The notes under the pieces: model-generated
Database searches by the model: none
What the model saw: the letters and a program-made list of their open reading frames with translations, nothing else
What the model was told of the DNA's origin: nothing
In this document: positions 63,752 through 64,000 of the stretch, in pieces
Layout: every line of letters begins with the position of its first letter
Numbering within the stretch: position 1 is the stretch's first letter
Made by a program: the position numbers and the translations under genes
Source: a virus
Taxonomy: Duplodnaviria; Caudoviricetes
Reading direction: 5' to 3' (one strand)
IMG/VR virus record: IMGVR_UViG_3300043821_000026
Span: 74,503 to 138,502 of that record
DNA length: 64,000 bases

Positions 63752-64000
63752 ATGGAAGAAAATGAATTTAAAATAAATAACACTTTTTCTGTCAATGACG
63801 ATGATAGCGAACCTATGCTTAGTGGATTGGCTATTCATGAAGGAAGATATAGAAAAATCTTTGAAATAGAACCATCTCAAATAAGCAAATGTTCTAAATC
63901 AATTACAAAAGCTAAACTAATGAAGGACCATAGTCATTCAGTTGATGATATTATTGGATTAGTTAAAACTGGTAAAACTATAACTGACCCTGAAACTGAT
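63752..64000 (+). CDS. Prohead (capsid maturation) protease, partial
   Basis: GGTGA RBS; LSGLAIHEG...LMKDH....DIIG; located after the portal gene. Confidence 0.7.
   Translation, partial: MEENEFKINNTFSVNDDDSEPMLSGLAIHEGRYRKIFEIEPSQISKCSKSITKAKLMKDHSHSVDDIIGLVKTGKTITDPETD

Overview
This very AT-rich 64 kb window looks like part of a large tailed dsDNA virus (Caudoviricetes) of a low-GC methanogen, probably Methanobacteriales. The archaeal host is inferred from BRE-TATA promoters (e.g. CGATACCTTTATATA), GGTGA/GGAG ribosome-binding sites, archaeal-type tRNA-Tyr (C1-G72, short variable loop) and tRNA-Gln (A1-U72), a PriS-PriL primase, an XPF/Hef nuclease and an archaeal-type ThyA. From left to right: a tRNA/ncRNA cluster (0.7-1.8 kb); a nucleotide-metabolism and replication module (1.8-30.6 kb: intein-containing NrdD, dUTPase/dCTP deaminase, a RuvC-less IS110/Nop-domain protein, XPF, Ntn protease, primase, Cas4-like nuclease, split bacterial-type DnaE, ATPase, ThyA, guanylate kinase, SF3 helicase); a long run of small ORFs dominated by about 25 four-Cys mini-domain paralogues (23.6-47.3 kb); an early/host-takeover-like region (40-58 kb); and the start of the + strand head module (TerL, portal, prohead protease). 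The most unusual signal is a co-varying three-hairpin (a-a'-a-a') element running from stop codon to RBS at eight gene junctions between 51.5 and 57.4 kb. Also notable are two 104-bp tnpB-less omega-RNA/IS605 right-end mini-elements, a TasA-like protein with no adjacent array, DnaE in an archaeal virus, an Ala1 intein and several structured non-coding RNAs. All calls were made by eye from motifs; no database searches or folding programs were run.
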